Below are positions 32,486 to 42,600 of a stretch of 58,241 bases of DNA, in pieces. Within the stretch, counting starts at the first letter, position 1; every line of letters starts with the position of its first letter. The stretch is from an uncultured virus (IMG/VR IMGVR_UViG_3300028797_000120) (taxonomy: Duplodnaviria > Heunggongvirae > Uroviricota > Caudoviricetes), in IMG/VR virus record IMGVR_UViG_3300028797_000120, positions 62,001-120,241 of that record; one strand, given 5' to 3'. The position numbers and the translations under genes were made by a program. The notes under the pieces were generated by a model. The model did no database searches, was not told where the DNA came from, and saw only the letters and a list, made by a program, of their open reading frames with translations.

Positions 32486-33466
32486 TCAAACGTTTCCCTT
32501 TTCACTACATCCTCCCGTTTTTCCCCCTCTCCTGCCTTGCATGTTGGTCTTGATGAAAATATCGAACAGTTTGATACCCTCTCTCGTTCGCTCGTCACTC
32601 TCGAGGAACTTGTCTATCATACCCTGGGCATCCTCCTTCTTGCAAGGAACCTTTTCGATAACATCATGAAACACGACATCTTCGCCGTCCAGAATTTCAC
32701 ATTCGTGCCAATTGTCTTTCACGCGTTCCGTAGCCAGTTTATCCGACCACAGCGCGTCATAGTTTTCCCCGCCGGCGACAAGCCAGGACTTCAGCTTTTT
32801 GTTCAGACCGTCCACGGAAACATCTTCGCACATACGTTCCCCTACGCAAGTCCCGATCCTCTCTATAAGAACCTCAATCATCAAAGGACTCTTTCCTTCC
32901 ATAATGAGCTTCTTGGCGTTCTTCCTCCGGACAAGGTCATCCCTCAGATCATAGAATGACAATGTGAATGTTGCCGGAATGCCGTCCACAAGAAAGTAAA
33001 CATAATGCTCATCGGACGTGTAGTTAAGGCTCCCGATCCCGAAGTACCGAACCCCGGGTATCCCGTCAAGGATACTGTCGGCTACGGAGAGCACCTTCAC
33101 AAGCGCATCCCGCCCTTCCTCGTTGTCATCTTCCAGAGACATCTGGCAGAGCGTTTTACCGTCGATCACGCATTCGCCCATTACCTCTTTCATCTTAGCC
33201 GCGTAGATATCGTAAAGCTCCTCGATCGAGGATTCAGCATAGTACTTTAACGCAAAAGCGTATGCGAACCGCTTCGAGAGCTCCTCGAAAGAGGCGTTGT
33301 AGGCCTCCCATAACGGTAGGCTCCTCGGGTCTATCTCCTTAAGCCCTGCCTTCTCACGGGCATACTCAAGCAACTCTGAATAAGTCCCCATCAGTTCCAT
33401 CTCCTTCCCATCATCTGCTCCTTTCCTGATTACCAGTGTTCTCTTGTCCCAGCTTCCAGTGATCAT
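32486..33466 (-). CDS. Hypothetical protein
   Basis: 326-aa ORF. Confidence 0.7.
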   Translation of the reverse strand: MITGSWDKRTLVIRKGADDGKEMELMGTYSELLEYAREKAGLKEIDPRSLPLWEAYNASFEELSKRFAYAFALKYYAESSIEELYDIYAAKMKEVMGECVIDGKTLCQMSLEDDNEEGRDALVKVLSVADSILDGIPGVRYFGIGSLNYTSDEHYVYFLVDGIPATFTLSFYDLRDDLVRRKNAKKLIMEGKSPLMIEVLIERIGTCVGERMCEDVSVDGLNKKLKSWLVAGGENYDALWSDKLATERVKDNWHECEILDGEDVVFHDVIEKVPCKKEDAQGMIDKFLESDERTREGIKLFDIFIKTNMQGRRGGKTGGCSEKGNV

Positions 33467-34728
33467 GCCTTTCTACCCTTAAGCATTTCCCTTATGCTCG
33501 CTATGTCAGCTGGATCAATGTCCTCGCCTGGAACATGGGGCATCTCACCCTTCTTCTCTTCCCTGTCAGCCTTCCTTGCCTTCGCCTTGCCTTTCCTGGG
33601 CTTCGGATCAGGCTTTCCAGGATTGTCCGGCTTTCCAGGATTTTCATGAGTTTCCGGATTTTCCGGGTTGCTCACCGGCACGTACCGCTCGCGCTCGACG
33701 CCGCGCTCGACGGACGCCGAGACCTCGCCGGCCTTTTGACCGTCGTCTCCTGACGCCGTCTTTTCGGCCGCATCCCCGAATGGGTCATCAATCATGGCCT
33801 TGGCTGACGGAGGGTCGATCTCTACGGCTTCGTCATCGACAATGTACTTGCTGCCGTATGCGAACTCCATCGCCTCCTTGAGCGCGTCGATCTCGTCATC
33901 ACCGTCCGGGGACTTGTACCCCCTCAGCATGCCGGCAAGCCGGTCGACGATGTCCTGCCCGGTCCCCGGATGGACAAGGAACGACTCCGGATCCTCCATA
34001 TGCACTCTGTGCCGAAGAAGAGTGTCCGGAATCTTCACACGCATGACGCAACCCTTAGCGTCCAATGCCGGCCTCGCCGAATAGGTCTTCCCGTTGAACG
34101 CGATCTCGATGACAAGGGCTCCATCGGGTGACGTGATGTCACCAAACATAAGCCTTCCTTTCTCGTCTCGCTCGAACGCAAGCCCGTTCAGCCTTTTTCC
34201 ATTCCTGTCCTCGGAATAGAGGATCCCCTTCGCCACAGACTCAGAAAACTCAGCGACGAAAACTCCGCCCCTCGTCCCGGCCGCAACGTCCATCACGTTC
34301 GCGGAGAAGTAATTCCTCATACGAGGGAACACCGCACCCTCGACCTCTCCGGTCAGGCGTTTACCACGGTTGTCCTTCGTCAAATAGCTCCACTTGTCAG
34401 ACCTTGAGCAGTAGTCGAAGAACGCCTCATACGGATCGTCAGCGTCAATGTCGAACGTCTTAGGGCTCAGGAACGACGTTTTCGCCATCCTGTTACCGTG
34501 CCCGACGAACTTGGCCGCCCTGATGGTCGTGTAGAAATCGGACTCATCGTCTCCGAGAACGGCAGGGATCCAGCTGACCTGCGCCTTCTCAGCGTCTCCG
34601 TCTGCTCCATATGCAGGAAGAATGGCGATCTTCAGGCTTCCATTTATGGACGGGTAGAGGTTCTCTATCCCGTCCTTGAAATACGCCTGCTGCTGGGTCT
34701 TCCTGACAAGAAAATTACGAAATTTCAT
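33463..34728 (-). CDS. Possible phage ssDNA-binding protein (gp32-like)
   Basis: Globular N-terminal ~300 aa with acidic low-complexity tail, in a recombination module; function inferred from context only. Confidence 0.45.
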   Translation of the reverse strand: MKFRNFLVRKTQQQAYFKDGIENLYPSINGSLKIAILPAYGADGDAEKAQVSWIPAVLGDDESDFYTTIRAAKFVGHGNRMAKTSFLSPKTFDIDADDPYEAFFDYCSRSDKWSYLTKDNRGKRLTGEVEGAVFPRMRNYFSANVMDVAAGTRGGVFVAEFSESVAKGILYSEDRNGKRLNGLAFERDEKGRLMFGDITSPDGALVIEIAFNGKTYSARPALDAKGCVMRVKIPDTLLRHRVHMEDPESFLVHPGTGQDIVDRLAGMLRGYKSPDGDDEIDALKEAMEFAYGSKYIVDDEAVEIDPPSAKAMIDDPFGDAAEKTASGDDGQKAGEVSASVERGVERERYVPVSNPENPETHENPGKPDNPGKPDPKPRKGKAKARKADREEKKGEMPHVPGEDIDPADIASIREMLKGRKA

Positions 34729-34785
34729 TTATCCTCCTTACTTGGCATGCGGAACCCCCTTTCGGGGGTCCGCCTTAACCGATTC

Positions 34786-35529
34786 CTAGCCGATATACGC
34801 GAGCTTGATCGCCTTGTCGCGAAGCATCTCCTCTTTCTCGACCTTCTCCTGCACTCGGTTGAGATACGACCGGTAGCTCTCGGAGATCGCCGAGATTTGG
34901 GCGGACACGTACCCGACCATCTTTTCGATTGTCGCGTTCGTGGCCACCTTCGGAAACCTCGTGATGAGGCAGGGCTTTCCGCCAAGCGTGATTACCACGC
35001 CGCCGGCATACACCTTCATCGCCATTTTTGTCGAGGAATAGCCAACTCGGTCGACAGCGTCAGGGCAGACCATATACAGACTTTTCCTGACCTCGTCGAT
35101 CGCCTTCCTCGACGCCTCGATGATCGCGTCCGCCGCCTCGCGGTTCACGTTCCCGGAGAGCATCTCAGGGGGGAGACCAGCTTCCTTCAAGACATTTATA
35201 GCCTTTTCAAGCATTCCCGACTCCTCCGCGAGACCCTTGGCCTCCGAAGAGACTTTCCCACGCGCATCTACCGCGCTACGGATGCTCTCGATCTCGTTCT
35301 CTACCGTCCTCCTGATGTTACGGATAGCGGTGTCCGGGTTTCCGGTCCGCTCGACCGCTATAACAGGAGTCGAACCTGAGCTCACATAAATTCCGGCCCT
35401 GTCATAATCAACGCTGAACTCCACTTCTTCGAACTTAAACGGAAACCCGTTAGAGTCCGAAGTAATGGCGCCAACCCGATCATTCGCGACATCGATGATC
35501 TCATCTATCTTGTCCATAACGACTGTGAA
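34786..35529 (-). CDS. Hypothetical protein, exon 2 of the intron-interrupted gene (exon 1 = 37068-37073)
   Basis: ATG at 35517 has no SD; joining ATG GAT (37073-37068, preceded by GAAAGGGA) to TTC ACA GTC GTT ATG gives in-frame MDFTVVMDKIDE. Confidence 0.65.
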   Translation of the reverse strand, partial: FTVVMDKIDEIIDVANDRVGAITSDSNGFPFKFEEVEFSVDYDRAGIYVSSGSTPVIAVERTGNPDTAIRNIRRTVENEIESIRSAVDARGKVSSEAKGLAEESGMLEKAINVLKEAGLPPEMLSGNVNREAADAIIEASRKAIDEVRKSLYMVCPDAVDRVGYSSTKMAMKVYAGGVVITLGGKPCLITRFPKVATNATIEKMVGYVSAQISAISESYRSYLNRVQEKVEKEEMLRDKAIKLAYIG

Positions 35530-35680
35530 CTTCTGTCACATGTCAAATGACACTTCCCGCTTCAACGGATGCTCCACTTCGAGGCCCATGGACCTCGTCG
35601 CTTCAACACCCTCCACAGGCACTTTCCGAGTGACCCTCGGTGAAAATTCTCAGTCCCTCATCGCGAATATTCATGGATGC
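35530..35680 (-). ncRNA. Putative TnpB omegaRNA scaffold (5' boundary uncertain)
   Basis: Overlaps the tnpB 3' end; hairpins GAGGUCC/GGGCCUC and UGUCA/UGACA; UGAAGCGGGAA motif typical of tnpB right ends. Confidence 0.6.
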
Positions 35681-36703
35681 GTTCAGATCTCTGTCAAGCA
35701 CAGACCCGCACTCGGAGCATCTGTAAGTCCTCTCGTCGAGGCCAAGATGTTCCTTCACGTGTCCGCACTTCGAGCAACGCTTGCTCGATGGGAACCATCT
35801 GTCGATCTCCACATAGTTTCGACACTTATACGAGAGAAACATGCGCAGTTCCGCCATGCAACTCTGCTGAGCGCCTCTCCTTATGGATTTCATCGACCTC
35901 TTCATTCCCTCGACGCACAGGCTCTCACAACACACGACGCCGTGGTTTTTGGCAATCGCGGATGTGAACTTGTGCACCGCATCCATCTTCGCGTTTCGGA
36001 TTCTCTGGTGAAGCCTTGCAACTCGTCTTCTGGACTTGTTCCGGTTCTTCGAGCCCTTCTGCCGCCTGCTCAGCTCTCGCTGTGCATGCTTGAGACTCTT
36101 CTCCAGGCGAGGTATGGCCTTAGGCTTGTCGAGCACAGTTCCATCGGACGCGACCGCCCAATGCTTGATGCCGACGTCAATCCCGACAGCAGTCTCTCTA
36201 TCGGTAGGCACAATCTCGCCTTCCAGTTCAACGGTTATCGCAACATACCAACCGTCGGCTTGTTTGGACACTACGAATCTCAGGATGTCGCCCTTGAATC
36301 GCAGTTCTTCGGCCATGCGCACATCTCCAATGTTTGGCAGATGTATGCGCCTGCCGTCCTTGAGCCAGCCCTTGTCGTTCTGGACGTAAAACGAGTCTTT
36401 CCGACCCTTCTTGTGGAAGGTTGGATGTTTGGCCCGTTTCTTGAAGAAAGCAGAGAACGCCGCACCGAGATTCATCAGTGCTTGGGTTTGTGCGCCTCTA
36501 GCTATCTCTTTAGCCCATTCGGGACGCTCGACAGTCCAGAGCTTAGACAGCGTGTACTTGCTGCACTCTTCACCATTCTTGCGCATCTCATCCCATTTGG
36601 CCAAACCCCAGTTGTAGCAATAGCGAACCGTACCGGCCGTCTTGGCCAGCATAATCGCCTGCTCCTTGTTGGGATAGAGCCTAATCTGGTGGGATCTTGT
36701 CAC
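35603..36703 (-). CDS. tnpB: TnpB RNA-guided endonuclease
   Basis: HQIRLYP N-terminal region, RuvC GIDVG / CESL / DRDLNA, Zn finger CSKC..CSEC; catalytic D-E-D intact; probable GTG start at 36703. Confidence 0.95.
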   Translation of the reverse strand: MTRSHQIRLYPNKEQAIMLAKTAGTVRYCYNWGLAKWDEMRKNGEECSKYTLSKLWTVERPEWAKEIARGAQTQALMNLGAAFSAFFKKRAKHPTFHKKGRKDSFYVQNDKGWLKDGRRIHLPNIGDVRMAEELRFKGDILRFVVSKQADGWYVAITVELEGEIVPTDRETAVGIDVGIKHWAVASDGTVLDKPKAIPRLEKSLKHAQRELSRRQKGSKNRNKSRRRVARLHQRIRNAKMDAVHKFTSAIAKNHGVVCCESLCVEGMKRSMKSIRRGAQQSCMAELRMFLSYKCRNYVEIDRWFPSSKRCSKCGHVKEHLGLDERTYRCSECGSVLDRDLNASMNIRDEGLRIFTEGHSESACGGC

Positions 36704-36710
36704 GCCACAT

Positions 36711-36739
36711 ATCATAGGATACTAATCCAATTTTGTCAA
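36711..36739 (-). promoter_or_regulatory. Sigma70-type promoter for tnpB
   Basis: TTGACA (36739-36734), 17-nt spacer, TATGAT (36716-36711). Confidence 0.8.
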
Positions 36740-36776
36740 CGTGGCAAGTGAGAATTTCTTGTGTCAATTGACCATG

Positions 36777-37067
36777 CTTGTGTTCACACGGGTTCGCTAC
36801 TCCCGTGCAGTTTAACCGGCGGTCAACCGGGACATCTTCTGGTTTCCCAGAAGCACAGACTATATCATCATCCCATTCCTGGGATGGAGCACTTCGACTC
36901 GCTTGAGCCTACTCCATTGCGGGATAGTCGTTGAACCTTCTCGGATAGGGGTATCCCTCCACACCGAGCTTGGCTGCTGATTGCCATAGGCACTCCTGCC
37001 ATTAGGTGTTCCAGCAATTCACTTTCTTTTATTCACCGCAGATCGCTCTGCGGCGGGACTCTTACGA
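36777..37067 (-). ncRNA. Group I intron catalytic core (IA-like)
   Basis: P1 GGAU/UC-GUAA-GA-GUCC with U.G at the 5' splice site; P GAAUUGCUGG (37011-37020); Q AAUCAGCAG (36974-36982); R AGGUUCAACGACUA (36925-36938); S GAUAUAGUCU (36857-36866); P8 and P9 hairpins with GNRA loops. Confidence 0.92.
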
Positions 37068-37133
37068 ATCCATTCTGTATCCCTTTCGTGTTTGTGGTTG
37101 TGTTTGTGGTTGTGGTTGATACCCTTTCGGGTG

Positions 37134-38537
37134 TTAGATAAGGAACGTCAACCGGCTTGGGTCTTGGAAATCCTGGAAGAACCCCATATTTCCGAACCGT
37201 TTTCTCCTATCGCCGTCCCTTATCGCAAGATGTCCTGGACGTCCGTTGTGGAAATCCCATCCATTCTCGAACGTGAACACGTGAGCGGATTCGCCGGGGA
37301 ACCTTGGCTTGCCTGTCGGTATGCGCCAGTCAGCGACCTCCGCTCCTCCGCACGTAGCAAGGATGACGACCCTGTGTTCTGACGGCGGAGGCAGAATGTC
37401 CGCCGTTACGATCGCCTTCCTCACCGTTCCGTTCTCGATTCCAGTGAACAGGTTTCTCCTGTCACGTACCTTCATTCTCCTGTCCGACACAGGTATGTCG
37501 GATTGCTCCTTCTCCGAATATGCCTTGGCGATCCTTTCCGCTATGGCAAGGTTCGCACAGCAGCATATGGCGCCCATGTCGTCGGGCGTCTTACTTATGA
37601 TCCCCGCTACCGTTTCGCAGAAATCTGGATTTTCCGTCATAGCGACGGACTCCATGAATCTGAAAGATGCATTCCACGCGTAGCTCGGCTGCTTCATCCG
37701 TATCCAGTGTACGGACACCTTCAGCGCAGATCCGTCAGCGACGGCGTCGGCATGCGTTGCTGATGCCACCACAGGTCCGAAAAGGCCCTCGCACAGGATA
37801 GGCTCTCGGATCCTGTCTCCTCCCTCGAAGGTCGCCAGAATACCCCACCTTGCCGCGTTCCTGACAGACGAAACCGGCTCAAGAGCGAGCTCCATGCTGT
37901 CAGTTATCTGTGCGACAACGACGCCGACGGCCGTAAGCGGGAGATCGCACATCGACCCGTAGTCAGTGACGATCACGTCGTCCGAGTCCACCAGGGAGTG
38001 GCCTATCGAAAGCCCGACGTCCCTCTCCGGCATCTCAACCATGAGCCTGGCGTGCAGGTATCTGGCCGAATCTTGGTCCGAAGAAACCACGAGGGAGAGC
38101 GGAGTCCCCCTCATGGCCAAGTCTTTTGACCCGAACGCACGTATGATGGCCGTTGCCATTCTGGCGAACCCGAACGAATGCGGGATGCAGACAGTCCCTC
38201 CGCATGACATGATAGCCCTGACGGCAGTGTCCCTGAACAGGCCATCGCACGAACCGACAGCCTCGAAGTAGTCCGGATCAGGCATAGGAATCCTTCCGTC
38301 GACTATCTTCGCATAGCCTTCAGCAGATATGCCTCCTATGATGCGGCTAGCGAACCCAGGCATGGTCAGAATCTTGTTCGGAAGAGGCAATGAGAAAAGG
38401 TTTTCATAATGTCCTTCACCCGATCCATCCTCCCTCCTGAACACCCTTAGGTCTCTTAGACGCTCCTCAATGGCTTTCATGCTACCGGCATTGTCTTCCT
38501 CGATGACTATCGACCCTCTGTTCAGAAAGACTTTCAT
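37134..38537 (-). CDS. Degenerate SF2 helicase-like protein
   Basis: Size, context and spacing of helicase-like segments, but no GKT or DExH motif. Confidence 0.5.
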   Translation of the reverse strand: MKVFLNRGSIVIEEDNAGSMKAIEERLRDLRVFRREDGSGEGHYENLFSLPLPNKILTMPGFASRIIGGISAEGYAKIVDGRIPMPDPDYFEAVGSCDGLFRDTAVRAIMSCGGTVCIPHSFGFARMATAIIRAFGSKDLAMRGTPLSLVVSSDQDSARYLHARLMVEMPERDVGLSIGHSLVDSDDVIVTDYGSMCDLPLTAVGVVVAQITDSMELALEPVSSVRNAARWGILATFEGGDRIREPILCEGLFGPVVASATHADAVADGSALKVSVHWIRMKQPSYAWNASFRFMESVAMTENPDFCETVAGIISKTPDDMGAICCCANLAIAERIAKAYSEKEQSDIPVSDRRMKVRDRRNLFTGIENGTVRKAIVTADILPPPSEHRVVILATCGGAEVADWRIPTGKPRFPGESAHVFTFENGWDFHNGRPGHLAIRDGDRRKRFGNMGFFQDFQDPSRLTFLI

Positions 38538-38545
38538 AACTTTCC

Positions 38546-39631
38546 TTAGACGCCTTCCTGGCCCGACATGAACTTCTCCACGAGAAGGTGGATCGATGCC
38601 GGCTCCGGAGAATGCAGAAAGCTTGCCGTAAGGCGTGCCTCACTGCTGTCCCTAGGGAACCTAGCCTCGATTGCGGACGCAAGAGTTGCCACACTCTCTT
38701 TCCTGTCGACAACAGGAGCGAGATCCCTCGCCTTGCTAGACCGCATGATGATTCGTCCCATGCTTGACGTGTCGTGGATAACCTGGCTCAGACGCTTGAA
38801 CACATCGTTCACCGAGTCATCCGCGATTATCTGCCAGAATGTTCTGTCCTCTCTGGCAATCCCGAGACTGTCCTCCTCTGCCATGTCAGCGGAAGCGTTG
38901 GCAAGATCAGACTCGCTAGAGATCTCTAACTGTCCCACTTTCCTTGTCCTGAGCCTGACAGGCTCCGCGTTCCACGTGTCCGTCTCAAGGAGGAACCAGT
39001 ACTTCTCCTCCGGCTCGTTCGACGACTTCATCTCGGTCGATCCTGGGTTTACGAACAGGATACCGTTCCACGTCCTTGCGTCAGGGATGTGGACATGGCC
39101 CATGAGCACGCACCGTACGCCCATCTTCTCGAGCATAGGGCACAGCTCCTGTACGCCGGTGTCTGCCGACCCGCCTCCGTTCATCTCGGAAAGCGCGAAA
39201 TGAAGGACAATGATATCGGCCTTCGTTCCGATGTCAACGAGACGCTGGATCTCCTCGACGAGGTCCCGCCCGTTTCGGTAATTCACCCCTATGATCCTTA
39301 TGCCACCTACCGTGACGGGTTTTTCGGAAAGCGGCGTCGCGCCGATCACATCAGCCCATTTCCCGTCAGACAGGTCATGGTTTCCGTCTACGGACAGAAC
39401 GTTTACGGCCCTCTCCCTGATCTTCCCGATTACCTCCTTCGCGCAGAGAACGGATCCTGCGTCAGGACGAGGGGAATCGAACAGATCCCCTCCTATGACG
39501 ACTGCTTCCGGCCTATGCGAAAGGACATCCTCCCCGAAGCGCCTGAACGCATCCAGGAAGTCTTCGTACCTTTCCTTGAGATTGTACTGGCGCGTGCCAA
39601 GATGCACGTCGCTAATCAGCGCTATTCTCAT
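38546..39631 (-). CDS. sbcD: SbcD/Mre11-like metallophosphoesterase nuclease
   Basis: SDVHLG, GGDLFD, GNHD and GHVH motifs; adjacent to SbcC. Confidence 0.92.
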   Translation of the reverse strand: MRIALISDVHLGTRQYNLKERYEDFLDAFRRFGEDVLSHRPEAVVIGGDLFDSPRPDAGSVLCAKEVIGKIRERAVNVLSVDGNHDLSDGKWADVIGATPLSEKPVTVGGIRIIGVNYRNGRDLVEEIQRLVDIGTKADIIVLHFALSEMNGGGSADTGVQELCPMLEKMGVRCVLMGHVHIPDARTWNGILFVNPGSTEMKSSNEPEEKYWFLLETDTWNAEPVRLRTRKVGQLEISSESDLANASADMAEEDSLGIAREDRTFWQIIADDSVNDVFKRLSQVIHDTSSMGRIIMRSSKARDLAPVVDRKESVATLASAIEARFPRDSSEARLTASFLHSPEPASIHLLVEKFMSGQEGV

Positions 39632-39660
39632 TTCTCCTCCTTCATTTTCATAACAAGCAT

Positions 39661-42600
39661 CTATTCCCCTTTCATGATCCCAAGGTCGATCCTCGTATCG
39701 AGGAACGGCATGATCGCCTTCTCATGGGTCGCCATGATGATCTGTAGCCCCTTGTTTCTTGCTACCTCGCCAACTTTCTGCAGGAGCTCTCCAAGATGCC
39801 CGATGCTCGCATCGTCAAGATACGCAGTCGGCTCATCAAGGCTCAGCAAACCGAGTTCTCCTCCGAAGCACATGTAGATCGCCAGACGGAATGCGATCGC
39901 AAGCGCAACCTTCTGACCTCCGGACAGCAGGGACGCGTCCGGATTCGGATCAGGCATGGACCGTCCGTCGATGAATCTGCATCGGAACCCGAACCCCTCC
40001 TCCTCCGCCTCAACGACGAAAGGAGCGCAGAATTGGTCGAGGAAACTGTTGACGCAAGCCGTCAGATCCCTCATCACGTTCTGAGACATGATCCTCGGGC
40101 CTTCCTTATAGGAGAACCAGTCCCTCACGCGCTTCAGCACATCAACCTTCTCCCTTACCGCGTCTTCCACCCTCTTCTTCTCCACGAGGTCGTCGATCAT
40201 TTTCCTCGTGCTCTCGATGGATTTCTCCGCAGTGTCGAGACGGCCTTTCTCTGTTGCCATGTCCCGCAGGATTCCGTTGAACGCGTCCAGGTTGGAGCGC
40301 GCTTTCTCGGTCGCCTCGCGGCACTTTTCGGAATAGTCGCCGTGTACGTCCACAGCCTTGATCCCGATGTCCGCCACGCGCCTCTCCGCCGCCTCCATGG
40401 CCTGTCTGACCATGTCGACCTGGGCCGAGTAACGCGCGACGTTGTCCCTGGCCGTCTTGGCCGCGTCCTTCGTCCTGACCGCATCATTCAGCTTGCGCCT
40501 GTTGTCGGCCAGCCTTGACTCGATCTTCGGGAGATCGTCGGGGACATTGCCCTTGTATGAGACCTCGAACGAGACCATGTCGATTACGACACCCTCGACG
40601 TTCTTGTCCTTGGCGTTCTTGAGCGCCGCTTTTGCGGCTTCCATCCTCGTCCTCGCGCGGTCTAACTTTCGCGCGCAGGCGCTTTCTTCCGCCTCGCGCT
40701 TGTCGAGGGCCATTCTGGCATCCCTCGCCTTTTCGGTCACTTCCCTGCGCTTCGCCTCCATCGCGTCAAGCTTCTCTTTAACGTGTCTGGAGATGTCTTC
40801 CTGCGTGGCCGGAGCGCCGCAAAGCGGACACGTCCCGTCACTTGACGCCTCGCGCATCATGTTGCGCAGACTGCGGGCCTCGGCCTCTGCGGCAGCCTGC
40901 TCGTTGTCGAGCCTCTTGACCTCCGCACGGTCGTCCTCAACTTTCGTCGTGTACCGCGCGAGATCGGACTCAGCCTCCCTTATGGCGGCGTCGCCCTCAT
41001 TCTTTGCGCTGAGCGCCGCATCGGACAGATCCTTCAGCCTTGTGAGGAAACGGACGACATCCCCGTCCTCGTCGACGAGCTTCCGGAGCCGCTCCTCTTC
41101 CTCTTCCGAGAACGATCCGACTTCGTCAAGCTCCTTGAGCGCGCGCCCGTGCGCTTCCTGCGCGCTGTTTAGCCTGCGCGTCACGGAGACGAGCTCCTCG
41201 ACCGCGGCCTGCGCGCCGGCCAGACGGTCGACTTCCTTCTCAAGTTCCTCCTTGGTCGGGAGTTTCCGGATCGCCGCGTCATACTTACCGAGCGTTTCCC
41301 GGCAAGCTCTCGCGACGTCCTCGTGCGTGTCGAGCTGCTCCCTTGCGCGTGCGATGGCGTCGTCGAAGCCCTGAGGCTTGTCATACGCAGCTATCTCACT
41401 ACGGAGCGACTCGTAGATCTTAGTGGCGTTCCCGATACCGATGAGTCGCTGGAACGCAACCTCCCTGTTCTTAGGGTCATCGAACAGGATCGCGTCGATT
41501 CCCTTCTGAGGTACAAACACGATCTGCCTTATGAGCTCCTTGTCGAGCCCGGCCTTCTCGCGCAGGGCATCCTCTACCTTCCTCGCCTGCTTGATCGTCT
41601 CTCCGTCCACCTTCAGCGTCACGTCACCGTTGGTCTTCCTGACAATCACGAACTCAGTGTTGTTCGACCCTGCCGTGAATATCAGCTTGACCGAACCTTC
41701 CTTCTCACCCCACGTAGTGAGGTTAGCTTTCGTGAACCCAGGCTGCTCACCTGTGAGCGCGAACTGAATGGCTCCGATCAGGTTCGACTTGCCGCAGTTG
41801 TGTGTCAGATAACAATGTTCGCGTCCGATACAATATGTGTATGGTGCTTCTCGCATTCGGATGGTATAGTAAGCGGCTGCTTCCAATACCTTAATCCGTA
41901 CGCAATTTCCGAGATGCTCTTCAGGCTCAGCTTTCTCGCCGCCGGAACAGCGTTCCTCACCTCCTCCGCAAGGATCCTTTTCAGCGACACTCCCGCCACA
42001 TGGTACGGATACTTCTTCCGATTCTCCGACCACACCCTCCGAACCTCCGCAATCTCCTCCTGCGTCAGCACCTGCGGATTCGGTATTGTCACCCTGCCAT
42101 GGGTTACCCCATACCACGCATTGTACTTCACGCTGCACCACTCCAGGTTCTCCGCCCTGTTGTTTGACGGATTGCAGTCGATATGGTTCACCACTGGCAA
42201 CCCAAGCGGGTTCTCCAGCCACGCTTCCGCCACGATCCTGTGCACCTTCACGGTATGCCCATCGAGCATCGTCCTTAAGTACCCATTCGGATCCCGCGCT
42301 GGCTTCATCACGGCAACTATTCTGCCGCCATACTGTCGCGTCGTCAAAAGGCGCCCCATATTGCTCACAAAGTAATTTGAGCTGTGCCCTCTGACCTGCT
42401 TCCAGCGCTCCCCAGACAAGCTGATAGAGCGGATAGAATCCATCTCCCGCGAAGAAGGGGTGGTCGTATGTGCAACACGTTTTCTCTCCATCGATTTCAA
42501 CCTCCAGCATCGGTTTCTGTTTATGATCGGGACTGGTCATAACGACACCGGAGACCGTGCTGGACGTCAACCGACCGCTCTCATCGTCAAAAGCAAGCAG

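Larger units (their letters stand above)
35530..37067 (-). mobile_element. IStron-like element: group I intron with tnpB/omegaRNA, no tnpA
   Basis: Group I core followed by a promoter, tnpB and an IS200/605-type right-end region; removing 35530-37067 restores an ORF. Confidence 0.75.

Noticed and set aside
35465..36751. 428-aa plus-strand ORF opposite tnpB and other long plus-strand ORFs
   Set aside because: Antisense shadows of real genes in GC-rich DNA, with no motifs or SD seen.
36740..37133. tnpA (Y1 or serine recombinase) upstream of tnpB
   Set aside because: No such ORF; the space is occupied by the group I core.
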